Positions 48,901 through 55,859 are shown, counted from the stretch's first letter. The stretch: 64,000 nucleotides of DNA from a virus (IMGVR_UViG_3300033997_000553:2008-66007), one strand, 5' to 3'. The notes: generated from the sequence alone by a model not told the origin. A program made the numbers and translations.

Positions 48901-50294
48901 CGCCGTATGCCGGCGAGATGATGGCGCTGCTGGCCGATGCCAGAATGGACGAGCTGCTGAGCAGCAAGAGCGGTACCGGCCTGAAGTGGCTGCGCAAGGC
49001 CAACCAGTTCGCCCAGGGCTTTTATTCGTTCGGCGACGACTTCTGGAAGATCATCGGCTTCGAGAACGAGAAGGCCAGCCTGATCAAGGCAGGCATTCCA
49101 GAGACCGAGGCGGAAACCATGGCCGCCGAGCGCATCCGCAACACCTATCCGACCTACTCGATGATCGGCAAGGCCGTGCAGTGGCTGCGGCGGTTCCCGC
49201 TGGTTGGCACCTTCGTCAGCTTCCCGTCGGAGATCATCCGCACAACCGTCAACATGATGAAGCTGACGGCGGATGATCTGAAGAGCGATAACCCTGGCAT
49301 CCGCGCCATCGGCCGCAAGCGCGCCGCCGGCATGGCCATGGTCTCGGCCGGCTTCTATGCGCTGTCAGCGCTGACTGCCGCTGCACTGGGCGTTGGCGAT
49401 GATGAGGAAGAGGCGCTGCGGGATCTGTCGGCGCCCTGGTCGAAGAACTCGACGTTCCTCTACACCGGCCGCGACGCCGACGGCAAGCTGCGCTACTTCG
49501 ACATGAGCTTCCTTGATCCGTACGGCTACTGGAAGCGCCCACTGACGGCGATGCTGCGCGATCAGCCCTGGGAGGACGCGGCCGTCAGCGGCCTGAACGA
49601 CATGCTGTCGCCGTTCTTCGGCGCCGATATCACCGCCGGGGCGATTTTCGAGGTGATGGCCAACAAGAAGCCCACCGGGGGCCAGGTGTACAACGAGCAC
49701 GCCGGCAGCGTTGACCAGCTGCAGGACATTGCCAACCACATGCGCAAGGCGCTGCAGCCAGGCTTCGTGAGCAATGGTGAGCGACTGTGGCTGGCCGGCA
49801 CCGAGGCCCGCCGCGAAGGCGGCGGCCAGCCCTACGACATGCGAGACGAGCTGGTCAGCCTGCTGGGCTGGCGTGCGGCTACGCTGGATACGCAGACCGG
49901 CTTGTACTACCGGTCGTTTGATTTCACCGACGCGCTGGCGGATGCCCGCAAGACGCTGACGCGCACGCTACGCAGCAGTAACGATGTTTCAGAGGGGGAT
50001 ATTCGGGAGTCGAAGCAGGCAGCGAATGCGCAGTATCAGCAGGCATTCACCGAGATGGGCAGGCTGGTCGGCGCTGCAGGGGCGGCTGGGATGAGCCGGC
50101 AGGAGATCATGCAGACGCTCAAGCTCAGCGGCGTGGCACAGCGCAACATCGTGGCGCTGCTGAATGGCAGGGTGCCGGCAATGGATATTGGCATGCAGGC
50201 GCAGGCCAAGGCCGTACAGCAGGCGAGGGTGATGCGCGACACTGAGCACGCCGCAGAGATTGCGCGGCGTTTCCGGCTGGCACGGGAGCAATAA
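39948..50294 (+). CDS. Giant polyvalent protein (ParB-like, LPD5/LPD1, PBECR/MuF-C-like nuclease, zincin peptidase, two ADP-ribosyltransferase-like domains)
   Basis: 3448 aa; VLDGHH, GEKLGGARKD, FGFRGVEFGNW...AHEWFHALD, LHEAVGH, WFGKS...FVHRS, WFGDW...FHHGT...GRGVYL. Confidence 0.9.
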   Translation: MTDTWGENDLLATDQPATDFGADDEVVQDGALSRGWNKAKQNMAISTDLALGDTEGAARTVGEAALYRQQNPGMQEGAELMQAWDEGDGIVGGVKAVAGEFSKDWNEADGFAAGARSVGKNLQAMGEGVLEQMGNMVAPVAGMVTGGVVGSKIGAPVGAAIGAPFAGVGAAPGAAIGGTVGGVAGAWAGASAGNAAIEGGGMAQEGLAQAGIDPTDLDAVKAYLDENRGELLKQASIKGGIIGAVDTATVGIAGRLLNGPTRAATARAMAALGVDGSDKAAVKSATQSQAFRDLLAQDAVFQSSRQGAERIARNMAAAAIYPAGEFAGEYVGTGVATGEWDTKNATLEALSSVGQSAAMYAGQKAYQAATGVGKIQPLVQPTPSAENPNPAPVERPDPSAGPLSAAANLLPAPNVDGGPSGSQSPVQEAARATLINGAPEPAQAGDYQPADLQTAVAQQMFRTEIDENNPGALRFFHRDADLQSWVEVPEREALAAAQAHIQDAERQGFDPMDGRDLGQLLPEVDQDPGPQGTGMAADDLTPYERNQLRALGVTDEQLASMTTREARQLPLPTVDIDSGPQVVEEAGESLPLPTVEMDSGPQQVEQVQAAPMADDSGYEYRVQKNGRPFKGESDVRLRQAFKEAVAAGEQPVVVQREGGWAVAVPRAAAGPVAPIGIPDLRQNSSAVDAAGNAVPGKIGNVPPADYVQSGRGMDQQAPTRTFPNVLAAKNAISKSPNPAQLEVVPVGPKQFEIRAKQSAAPGVTDQAPDVAVDAPASQPAAEAVAVAAPEAAPVKKAVTVKPSPSAADKAALPEVLRHPRKLAIAKMMKASGIKKGSQGYEAALARLELEYERQVDDAQAALPFEQFNALNKESPESVNRQAWTQLRTERGIEDAANPLASEETSPQQNIAVAAVAKSPQRQPPASKGRTAPTISSTTQPADVAASGQEKAEWVGFTPDSGTLGIPRAQMPQIKAEHRGAMVNFLNARDVAHAEETIAASELKPTQAEYSTKKVEAAKAFDGGERSILISSDRHVLDGHHQWLAKREAGEDVKVIRLDAPIRQLLDTVAEFPSASVDAASAGPASTPQAARVEDAGEKLGGARKDELRSVRERLDSMDDAAIANSTLSQLWPKDEITRIEDLFHAASYQTVREIIPAKPRVPYKVRAWVEKVKGAREILKHLAQLGADTTVAKMRQFSPGLRPIADKIELLMGVDRAQWGRIGRVSMASGRYSEGGTMVPGSWVEVEVDGRKKHFFGKNSVAEAMGDIRAVINLNSAPESRMKFAIYTDRRSGEVFIAKDGDKEQRRLKTFGKVAEARKFVADNHADLVTAWDAVKNRDNVTKADMRRDTNEDRAGRDYRNGADITPEQFIEAFGFRGVEFGNWVAQGSGGADRQGMLNQAYDAFMDLADVVGVPPKALSLEGRLGVGFGSRGRGRASAHFEPGNVVINLTKTKGAGSLAHEWFHALDNYFARQRGGEVPMERGFNAQQAYRNNNFITYRPEPLYIHKTKQSKPVSLDKLRRYHEQNPTAEYYNPANWQVDPRHPAGVRPEVERAFAELVEVLDQSPMSRRSAALDKNPDAYWSQIIERGARAFETYVIAKLADQGYRNDYLANVRSLEEFARAADRYPYLTPDEQGPVSEAFDKLFSTIEARQEQDGRVGLYRLNADTQAAYEQRIDDLFAGAEPNNTAGVRVLDRSDVLDLLGYGDREVVLAEKHAVSDGRFNHPQFTAADWKKVPEWLENPVAVFERDDGNLTVVAPETKGGNPILIAINPGASRPGYAGGKKLHVLLTAYDRDRGRFPAERMIRDGQLRYIDTRKSPAFNDSSRLRLPSNVVELRGLGKKVYTGADLFKYRSASSATDGQRLRVNPGKAKGIPLFSARAIAAKIGQATGLRVEPVADEAGLPAAVRAQIRRDGVSGRVAGVYHDGTSYLIASNLRDSQHAISVVLHEAVGHGGVKVVLGDKLGIAMRGIYRGMPAAMRTELERRYAGQLAGLKSDSEREVLIAEEYVAHLAEHDPSNSALDRIVALVKQFIRKLFGEQAAGKWSRADVVQLLAEAKRAAGSQGVSDRGSRYRAAEAADAPAALPEVAEADEAEFVASLAGDSGHRAFAGAIYKARGTESPFFQRWFGKSRMVDKQGQPIAFVHRSYGERDSFSDADLGKNTGTPTAALGHYLARRDVGNVERYGPVTEQFYIRMEKPKVISQQQFEAMGDWSLAQVEAYRKTLMERGHDGLYIQGLGWAVVFEGKNIKARRNSGTFDETARTRYAATESLIEKQFADTEKAIGGRATWQQAKDAGRTKLEYRQWVQVRTPAFKAWFGDWENGTEQGGAGVAGSAQERGSPGGSTGSAAATTTGVSGNAKPQRRPDSGVRRLDGRGRVDSAGRGVEASGREAAGQVERDWRLDPQTGEPAVFHHGTRDHFTAFDLDHPNRKDKGWLGRGVYLASDRRLADAYAKLKQGSGQPQVMDLFVNVRNPAVATLAHKQVLRRASQEYIDAETAALIARGHDGVVMELPDGTLELMAFDPADVKSATDNAGDFDPASADIRYSLAQDAADLFNRFGRRPADVNDPFAEENRRLREQDKTLWGKAKQQFRRQFAPGGLLPDSVFAEKIARDSEFQAVEFDVRHLSGGLNKAVKTDYGVDIDNLTAEQMKPLAEALTGKVDPAIPEATRVAIVAMRQYIDSLSGEYLSILQKQVEANMEGADQALIDKITGNLGAYVNRSYQAFDDPKWFKRVPTEVVNAARTYLAKGYIEQGETPAEAARLADVTVNEMLKTGTAYDSMGAFIAEGKLGAKDLTVLIKRKEIAPEIRALLGEYLDPRLNFAKSATKMGRLVWNQRFLDRVLSFGMGTFLFEGKDRPADATTQIAGEQSETYAPLNGLWTYPEVAQAFQDALGKEQMSDLYRTVVRLNGMVKYGKTILSPTTAMRNWQSAMFFSLANGHFDLTQMKKSWSAFREQVTQNASGDDLAYLRKLKQLGVVYDTPYAGEMMALLADARMDELLSSKSGTGLKWLRKANQFAQGFYSFGDDFWKIIGFENEKASLIKAGIPETEAETMAAERIRNTYPTYSMIGKAVQWLRRFPLVGTFVSFPSEIIRTTVNMMKLTADDLKSDNPGIRAIGRKRAAGMAMVSAGFYALSALTAAALGVGDDEEEALRDLSAPWSKNSTFLYTGRDADGKLRYFDMSFLDPYGYWKRPLTAMLRDQPWEDAAVSGLNDMLSPFFGADITAGAIFEVMANKKPTGGQVYNEHAGSVDQLQDIANHMRKALQPGFVSNGERLWLAGTEARREGGGQPYDMRDELVSLLGWRAATLDTQTGLYYRSFDFTDALADARKTLTRTLRSSNDVSEGDIRESKQAANAQYQQAFTEMGRLVGAAGAAGMSRQEIMQTLKLSGVAQRNIVALLNGRVPAMDIGMQAQAKAVQQARVMRDTEHAAEIARRFRLAREQ
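45398..45505 (-). ncRNA. Candidate antisense hairpin sRNA with its own promoter inside the polyvalent gene
   Basis: TTGAAA-17-TACCTT (45505-45477), then a ~70-nt hairpin with G-U pairs and a U5 tail. Confidence 0.6.
46921..47145 (+). CDS. Nested out-of-frame 74-aa acidic protein inside the second ART domain
   Basis: GGAGA RBS 8 nt before ATG; GC3-rich host-like codons; main frame is a low-complexity insert here. Confidence 0.7.
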   Translation: MALSKEEQASLEALKNGAALAEALDLLPPPPPEFLATLNRNADPIAEYGDWTDEGEWIPPEEALKRLAEKQQAK

Positions 50295-50299
50295 ACAAG

Positions 50300-50328
50300 T
50301 GGGCGCCGAGCTGGCGCCCATTTTTTTC
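50300..50328 (+). terminator. Rho-independent terminator
   Basis: TGGGCGCC-loop-GGCGCCCA then T7. Confidence 0.85.
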
Positions 50329-50569
50329 AGTAGCAGCTTTCTCCCATCCGGCTCGTTCGGCATTCGCCGCCGAACTCGCCGCCATAGTCTGGCCCGCGCT
50401 CTATCACGGCCAGGGTGAGCAGCAGGGCAAGTACGCCGGACACCGACAGGATTATCTTGTTTCGATGGGCATTGCGCGGCATCAGCCAGGCCATCAGCCC
50501 TCCGACCACCATCAGCACCCAGACGAAGTTTGCGGCCAGGAATAACAAGAAAAAAAATACCTTCAGCAT
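50327..50569 (-). CDS. Small two-TM membrane protein
   Basis: MLKVFFFLLFLAANF..., GGAGA RBS. Confidence 0.7.
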   Translation of the reverse strand: MLKVFFFLLFLAANFVWVLMVVGGLMAWLMPRNAHRNKIILSVSGVLALLLTLAVIERGPDYGGEFGGECRTSRMGESCY

Positions 50570-50665
50570 GGGCGTTTCTCCATTGCAAATGAAAAGGGCC
50601 ATCCATATCGGATGACCCTTTGGGGTGACACTGAAAGTCGGCCATTGCGGCCGATATGCTCGGCT

Positions 50666-50980
50666 CTAAACAGCTTCAAGTCGTTCAATCATGTCCGGGA
50701 AGCGCTCAACCAGCTTGATCAGCAGGGCCGCCTGCGGGCTTGGGTCTGACTTCTCCTGCTCCCAGTTGCGCAATGTGCTTGGACTAGTGCGAATGCGCCG
50801 TGCAAAGACGGTCTGCGACATGTGCAACCTGGTACGCAGCGCCACAATTTCCTTGGCCGTTACCTTGGGCGCGGGCTTTTCGGCTACAGCATACTGGCGC
50901 AGGGTAATTTTGCCTTCCCGATGCGCCGCCATTTCTTCGACGCCTTGCATCAGCTCGGCGAACAAATCGCGCTTTTTCAT
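50666..50980 (-). CDS. higA: HigA-type HTH antitoxin
   Basis: IVALRTRLHMSQTVFA...TLRNWEQ; follows the toxin. Confidence 0.88.
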   Translation of the reverse strand: MKKRDLFAELMQGVEEMAAHREGKITLRQYAVAEKPAPKVTAKEIVALRTRLHMSQTVFARRIRTSPSTLRNWEQEKSDPSPQAALLIKLVERFPDMIERLEAV

Positions 50981-51321
50981 TGGGCACCTCGTGCTTTTAA
51001 CTCTTGGGTGATCGCTTGCTTCAGGGCTTTTTCCTGGTCAGCGGTCAGGTTTTCCAGTTCGTCCTTATCGTAGATGGCGAACATCCAGAACTGGCCATCA
51101 CCGAGCAGCCAGTAGTAGATGACGCGCAAGCCACCGCGTTTGCCCTTGCCTCGACGCCCGTCCGACCAACGCAGCTTGCGAAAGCCTCCCGTTCTCGGCA
51201 TCACATCGCCGGCGTGCGGATTGGCTATCAGCTCGTTTTGCAGCTGGCGATATTCATCGTCCGCCAGGTAGTTGCCTACCGTGGCGGTGAATGTAGAGGC
51301 TTCCAGGAAGACGGCTTTCAT
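50977..51321 (-). CDS. higB: HigB-2/RelE-family toxin
   Basis: GGFRKLRW...GKGKRGGLRVIYY...IYDKDE. Confidence 0.92.
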   Translation of the reverse strand: MKAVFLEASTFTATVGNYLADDEYRQLQNELIANPHAGDVMPRTGGFRKLRWSDGRRGKGKRGGLRVIYYWLLGDGQFWMFAIYDKDELENLTADQEKALKQAITQELKARGAQ

Positions 51322-51327
51322 GCGCGA

Positions 51328-51357
51328 AGTGTAGGCAGTCTGCCTATACTTTAGCAA
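51328..51357 (-). promoter_or_regulatory. higBA promoter/operator (probably leaderless mRNA)
   Basis: TTGCTA-18-TACACT with palindrome TAGGCAG-T-CTGCCTA; ATG starts 7 nt after the -10. Confidence 0.65.
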
Positions 51358-51360
51358 GCG

Positions 51361-52293
51361 CTAGCGCAGACGCTGAGCCGCCTCAGTGAGCTTGAAGGTG
51401 ATGCCGTTGTGCAGGCCACGATCAATGCTCTGTTGCAGGGCGCGGCAGAGCTGGTCGCACTTCTCCAGGTGGTGCTGCATGGCCATGACTTCCAGGCGAC
51501 AGGCCTCAACGTCGTAGCCGGCGCTGGCAAGCTCGGCGAACAGAGCACGCGACGGCGAGCGCACGTCCATGCCATACAGGGCGGCTGCAGTAATGTGAAT
51601 GCGCGGGTCTTGGCCCTGTGGTTGGTAGCCAAGCTGGTAGGCGTGCGGGTTGTGCTCGGCGAGCCAGCTGGCCGGGTAGTGGAGATTCAGTCGGGCAATC
51701 GGCTTGGCCTGTTCGGCGGCGAGCCATTCCCCTTCAAGCGCATAAGCGGCGATGAAGTTACGGGCGGCGTCCATCTGGTCGGCGGGGATGTCCTGGGCGC
51801 TCACCACGCTGAACGCTTTGTGCATCTGCGCCCAGACGTGCATCTTGGCGCGGCGCCGGGTAGGTGCGGGCAACTGACGCAGCTTGCCGTCCAGTACAGC
51901 ACCCAGGCAGCGGAAGCCGTCGGTGCCGATGGTCTGGCCGATCAGGGTGCGCATCTGGCCCTGATCCTCGTAGCGGCCGTGCTTGCGGATGGCCGGCAGG
52001 ACTTCGGCGGTGACCCACTTCTTGAAGCGTTTGGCTTCGGTCTTGCGGCTGCGCAGGATGGCCGAGTACAGGCCGGACTCGTTGATGACCAGCATTTCCT
52101 GCTCGCCGCCAAGGGTCGGCACAATCTGCCGACCCTTTTCATCATCGTCTAGGTTGCGCGTCATGTCCTTGGCTTCGCTGTACATCAGGGCCAAGGCAAC
52201 ATCAGATGCAACGAACCATGGCCGATCATCGATCAGCAGGGTACGGACTTCGCGGCTTTCGAAACGGAAGGGAATGACTTGGGCGGTTTGCAT
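51361..52293 (-). CDS. BRO-N antirepressor-like protein
   Basis: PWFVASDVA...INESGLYSAILRSRK.EAKRFKKWVT.EVLPAIRKHG; AGGAG RBS. Confidence 0.9.
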   Translation of the reverse strand: MQTAQVIPFRFESREVRTLLIDDRPWFVASDVALALMYSEAKDMTRNLDDDEKGRQIVPTLGGEQEMLVINESGLYSAILRSRKTEAKRFKKWVTAEVLPAIRKHGRYEDQGQMRTLIGQTIGTDGFRCLGAVLDGKLRQLPAPTRRRAKMHVWAQMHKAFSVVSAQDIPADQMDAARNFIAAYALEGEWLAAEQAKPIARLNLHYPASWLAEHNPHAYQLGYQPQGQDPRIHITAAALYGMDVRSPSRALFAELASAGYDVEACRLEVMAMQHHLEKCDQLCRALQQSIDRGLHNGITFKLTEAAQRLR

Positions 52294-52341
52294 GGCTGTC
52301 TCCTGGGGATGGAGTTCGCCGCCGTTGCGACCAAGCAAGAG

Positions 52342-52424
52342 GGTGGCGAACTGTGCGCAGGTTGGTCGACCGGGAGAGACGCAACCCGGCAGGGCCGAAG
52401 CCCTCCCACGCACAGCCCGCCATA
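52342..52424 (-). ncRNA. C4 antisense RNA (P1-type) with flanking targets
   Basis: ATGGCGGGCTGTGCG...CTTCGG...CGACCAA...CGCACAGTTCGCCAC fold; complementary TTGGTCG sites near 52330 and 52480; promoter TTGACG-17-TACCTT at 52545-52517. Confidence 0.8.
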
Positions 52425-52622
52425 AAGCGAGCACAAAAAAACCGCTGACGCGGTATGTGCGACATCTCGATTCCGGGCGACCAAACCCGTACCGCTGAAT
52501 TTGCAGCGGCAGGGGAAAGGTAAACCCGGAAGCAGTGATCGTCAATGGCGCACATTGCGCCACCATTACTGGGTAGGTAGATTGGTCGAGCGCAATTTCC
52601 TGCGCGTCAAAGGAGCGACGAA

Positions 52623-52757
52623 GTGAAAAAGCTATCGGCAGTACTCATGGCCACCCTGATTTCGATGGTGTCCGTATCTTCTTTTGCACATAGCGGCGGC
52701 ACTGACTCGAAAGGCTGTCATCGCAACCACCAAACTGGTGACTACCACTGCCATTAA
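52623..52757 (+). CDS. Secreted YHYH-type His/Cys-rich mini-protein
   Basis: AAGGAG RBS, GTG; MKKLSAVLMATLISMVSVSSFAHSGGTDSKGCHRNHQTGDYHCH. Confidence 0.8.
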   Translation: MKKLSAVLMATLISMVSVSSFAHSGGTDSKGCHRNHQTGDYHCH

Positions 52758-53079
52758 AAGGCAGTGACTAGCCAAGCTAGAGACTGGCTTCTGCCGCTGA
52801 CTTAGTGGCGGCAGGAGACCGGCGCCGATCATCACGACGCCGGCAACCGGCTGGGCCAGTAGCGCGAGAATGCCGAGCACCAAAAGGGCGCCTCCAGAGT
52901 AAACCTTGAGCATGATTCGCCCTCGTCGAGTGGTGGGTTAATGCGCCCGAAAACTGGGCTAAATCCTTTCCGCATCTGATTCCGCGAAGGCTCTAGAATG
53001 CGGGTTTCAAGGCATCCAATTCTGTTTAGTTGCGGAATGGAAAATTCCGTAAGCTGTTGATATGAAAGAGTTTTATGGT

Positions 53080-53127
53080 CGGATTGCAAATCCGCGTACA
53101 TCGGTTCGATTCCGGTATCGGCCTCCA
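53080..53127 (+). other. attR: displaced 3' half of tRNA-Cys(GCA)
   Basis: CGGATTGCAAATCCG anticodon arm, GGTTCGATTCC T-arm and CCA end; D-arm and 5' acceptor strand absent. Confidence 0.88.
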
Positions 53128-53132
53128 GTATA

Positions 53133-53172
53133 GAAAGCCCCGTAGATCACTGATCTACGGGGCTTTTTCTTT
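53133..53172 (+). terminator. Rho-independent terminator
   Basis: AAAGCCCCGTAGATCA-C-TGATCTACGGGGCTTTTT. Confidence 0.9.
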
Positions 53173-53196
53173 GCTGCCGATTAACTTCCGGCAGCC

Positions 53197-53225
53197 TTGC
53201 AGGGGCTGTGAGGGCTGTATATAGT
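53197..53225 (+). promoter_or_regulatory. Sigma70 promoter of tRNA-Leu
   Basis: TTGCAG-17-TATAGT. Confidence 0.7.
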
Positions 53226-53250
53226 CCAGCCCTCGCTTCACAGCGCTACC

Positions 53251-53337
53251 GCCCGAATGGCGAAATCGGTAGACGCAGGGGACTTAAAATCCCTCGCCAG
53301 CAATGGCATGCCGGTTCGAGTCCGGCTTCGGGCACCA
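53251..53337 (+). tRNA. leuZ: tRNA-Leu (UAA)
   Basis: 87-nt cloverleaf, anticodon loop CT-TAA-AA, long variable arm, GGTTCGAGTCC, CCA. Confidence 0.96.
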
Positions 53338-54097
53338 AGAAAATCAACGACTTAGGTCAGCCATCGTGCTGGCCTTTTTCGTTTCTAGGGGTTTTCGTGT
53401 CTATACCGTGTCTATAGGGAACTGGACGCGGGCGCCGACGGACGGCAACGCTGCATCGTGACCTACCCGGCACGAAATGTGTGGCCCAGAGCTGCGCGGC
53501 AGCTCAATGTGATCACCTTGGGCAGGACAAGGTCGCCAAATGGAGAGATTCCCCGACAGGGCCGAGAAAACTGGGAAGCGGAATTGCAATTGATTGCAAC
53601 GAATATTGAAGCCCCACCACCAAGTGGAGTTTTCTTACCCCGCGTGACGTGCCCCACGGGTGACCATATATGGACTGTCGCTGACAGGCAGCCAGCACCC
53701 TAAGCGGACATCCCCATGCTAGTGCAGCCGCTACGTCCGTTGCGGTTTTTGATGGTGCGCTTAGTGATTGAAAGCAGAATTTTACGCCCTTTACGCAGCT
53801 TCTCCGGCGCTCATGTTGACGATCTTGCGCTCCGCTGCTTATCATTCCGCTACGGCTCCTGATTCGTTGCATTGATCATGCAGTGATCTGGAGGGCTACT
53901 GAGAGACCCAGCGGATTTCCTCAATGTGGAGTCCAAGCGCTTCTCAAGGGCTGTAGCAACGCCCACGCGCTGTCGAGTATGTGGTTCTGCCCGACAGACG
54001 ACGTTGCCAACAGTTTGGAACCAGGCAGCTATATATTGCATTCATCGATACCCGCCACACTCGGTGGCGGGATATTGACTTTACGCCTGGAATTTAA

Positions 54098-54985
54098 ATG
54101 GACGAACTAGCGCACGCCAAACAGCTGATACTGCAGCTGCTCTCCACCGTATCATTCGAATACTGTGCCCGCCTCAAGCAACGCCTCAATAGCAACTTGG
54201 CCTCTCAAGGCCTGCCCGTCTTCAATGAGCTCAAATACGGTAGCAAGAAGTTCTCGCAGTTCCTCGCGACCCAGTTTGATGACAGGCTGATCCTGGAAAA
54301 GCCCATCGGCCTGGGGGACATCCGCGTTTCGCTCAATCATCCGCTCCCTGGCACGGCGCATGTCGGCAGCACCGGCTTCGCATCGAAACGCGAGCAGTTG
54401 ATGGCCATTCGCAGTGACATCTGGCAAGCCTTCACCAACCCCGATGAAAAGAGAAAGCGTTACCTCAATCGCATCACAAGCGAGGTCGTACATTTCATCG
54501 AGGACGCTCAGGATGAGTTCCAGCAGAAGGTGCAGGCAGCACCGCAGAGTTACATCGAAATTGAATTCATTCCTGCCGCGACCCTGCAGGAATGGATGCA
54601 CGAGTTTCTCGACCTGCTTGGCTTGCCGGCAACCGAAAGAGCTCCACTGGAAAGCCTCATTGCCAGTGAGTACTCAAGCAGCGTGAACGCCGCCTTCACC
54701 AAGGCGCTGGGTAGTCGAGAGCAAGAGTGGCGAAAGATTCGCACACTCAAGGTCGCCGAACGTATCAAGGCCTGGGCGACCCAGCACAACATCAAACACG
54801 AAAACCTGAGCCTTCAGCGGCACTCCGAAGTCACGCAGCCTACCACTTCGGTTGAGGTGCAAGTCCGTGTGCTGACTCCGCGACAGCAGGCCACCAAATT
54901 GCTTGAGCGCATGAGTGATGAAGACATCCTCACAGTCGCAATCCCGGTGCTACTGAGCAGCGTCCTGAGCAAGTCGCAAATCTAA
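54098..54985 (+). CDS. OST-HTH/LOTUS + UPF0158-like protein
   Basis: LKQRL...FNELKYGSKKFSQFL; RYLNRITSEV...YIEI..IP...WMHEFL...W...IKAWATQHNI. Confidence 0.7.
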   Translation: MDELAHAKQLILQLLSTVSFEYCARLKQRLNSNLASQGLPVFNELKYGSKKFSQFLATQFDDRLILEKPIGLGDIRVSLNHPLPGTAHVGSTGFASKREQLMAIRSDIWQAFTNPDEKRKRYLNRITSEVVHFIEDAQDEFQQKVQAAPQSYIEIEFIPAATLQEWMHEFLDLLGLPATERAPLESLIASEYSSSVNAAFTKALGSREQEWRKIRTLKVAERIKAWATQHNIKHENLSLQRHSEVTQPTTSVEVQVRVLTPRQQATKLLERMSDEDILTVAIPVLLSSVLSKSQI

Positions 54986-55001
54986 GGTTTGGCAGGTAGC
55001 G

Positions 55002-55859
55002 ATGACTCAGGTTTTTATCATCGGCTTACCCATCCAGTTGCGCAGACGCGTTGAGTCCTCACTTGAAAACCGCGGCATATCGCCAGCGATCATCCTAGCC
55101 GACAGTGATAAGTTAGGCCGGCTGAAACTGCTTCCTGATCCGACCTTGGCCGCCAGTCGGCTCCGTGAGTATTGTGAGTCGGTTGATGGCGGCTACGACC
55201 ACGCGGAGGTGTATGTCCTGCCTTACACCCCCATACCCCAAGACGTTAATGACGAACTCGACGCCCTGGAAGACATGGGCGCCCAGATCATCGCCTTCGA
55301 AATGGAGCAGGATGGCTGGCCCTATCTGCACGCCGCCAAACCCAAGATTACTCAGGATTTCCAGGATCAGGTATTCAATGCGCTGTTCGAGGAAATCGTA
55401 GGAGAAGAGGACGAGGCTGCGGTCCTGCCTTCCGAGTACATCCGGCGCGCATGCGAGGGATCACCAAATCTCATCATCGTTGGCAGCGCGATTGACCTGT
55501 GTGATGCAATCGCCGTCGGACGCCGTTTCTGGGTCAGGAAGGCGATTGATGCGTTCGTTGAAATCATTGCCCATAACGGCAATATCGGAGGAACGCTGGA
55601 CGCATTCTTCGAAGACCGCCAGCTCTACCACGCCAAATCGGGCGGTATCTCAGTCAAGCTGGAGATCCGAGCTGGCGGAGAGCAGGTGCACCTTGAGACC
55701 AGTAACGAGCACCTCAAGAAAGGTGACAACACGACACCGCAGGCTGCCGTACGCGTCTACTATCAACTCCTTGCCCTAGAGGGCGAGTTCTATGTATTCC
55801 TCCTCTACATAGGCCCCCACCCGGATCGAAATCTTTCCTATGTCCATCACCTGTCCTGA
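55002..55859 (+). CDS. Protein with a C-terminal RelE-like RNase domain
   Basis: EHLKKG...VRVYY...LLYIGPHP C-terminus; N-terminal alpha/beta domain. Confidence 0.65.
   Translation: MTQVFIIGLPIQLRRRVESSLENRGISPAIILADSDKLGRLKLLPDPTLAASRLREYCESVDGGYDHAEVYVLPYTPIPQDVNDELDALEDMGAQIIAFEMEQDGWPYLHAAKPKITQDFQDQVFNALFEEIVGEEDEAAVLPSEYIRRACEGSPNLIIVGSAIDLCDAIAVGRRFWVRKAIDAFVEIIAHNGNIGGTLDAFFEDRQLYHAKSGGISVKLEIRAGGEQVHLETSNEHLKKGDNTTPQAAVRVYYQLLALEGEFYVFLLYIGPHPDRNLSYVHHLS

Larger units (their letters stand above)
1..53127. mobile_element. Temperate podovirus-like prophage (F116/H66-like gene set), left end outside window, integrated at tRNA-Cys
   Basis: Ordered recombination, immunity, replication, packaging, head, lysis, tail and injected-protein modules; ends in a tRNA-Cys 3' fragment; no sheath or classical tape-measure gene seen. 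Confidence 0.93.

Noticed and set aside
52294-52566. N-terminal extension of the antirepressor ORF and overlapping ORFs
   Set aside because: Region is better explained by the promoter and C4 RNA; a strong RBS precedes the ATG at 52293
52632-52913. 93-aa minus-strand membrane ORF
   Set aside because: Its 3' half overlaps the better-supported YHYH gene; at most a truncated remnant
53055-53127. Intact tRNA-Cys gene
   Set aside because: 5' acceptor strand and D-arm are missing; it is an att remnant
53401-54097. Short ORFs or an ncRNA upstream of the cargo operon
   Set aside because: No recognisable protein motif, repeat array or convincing long structure by eye
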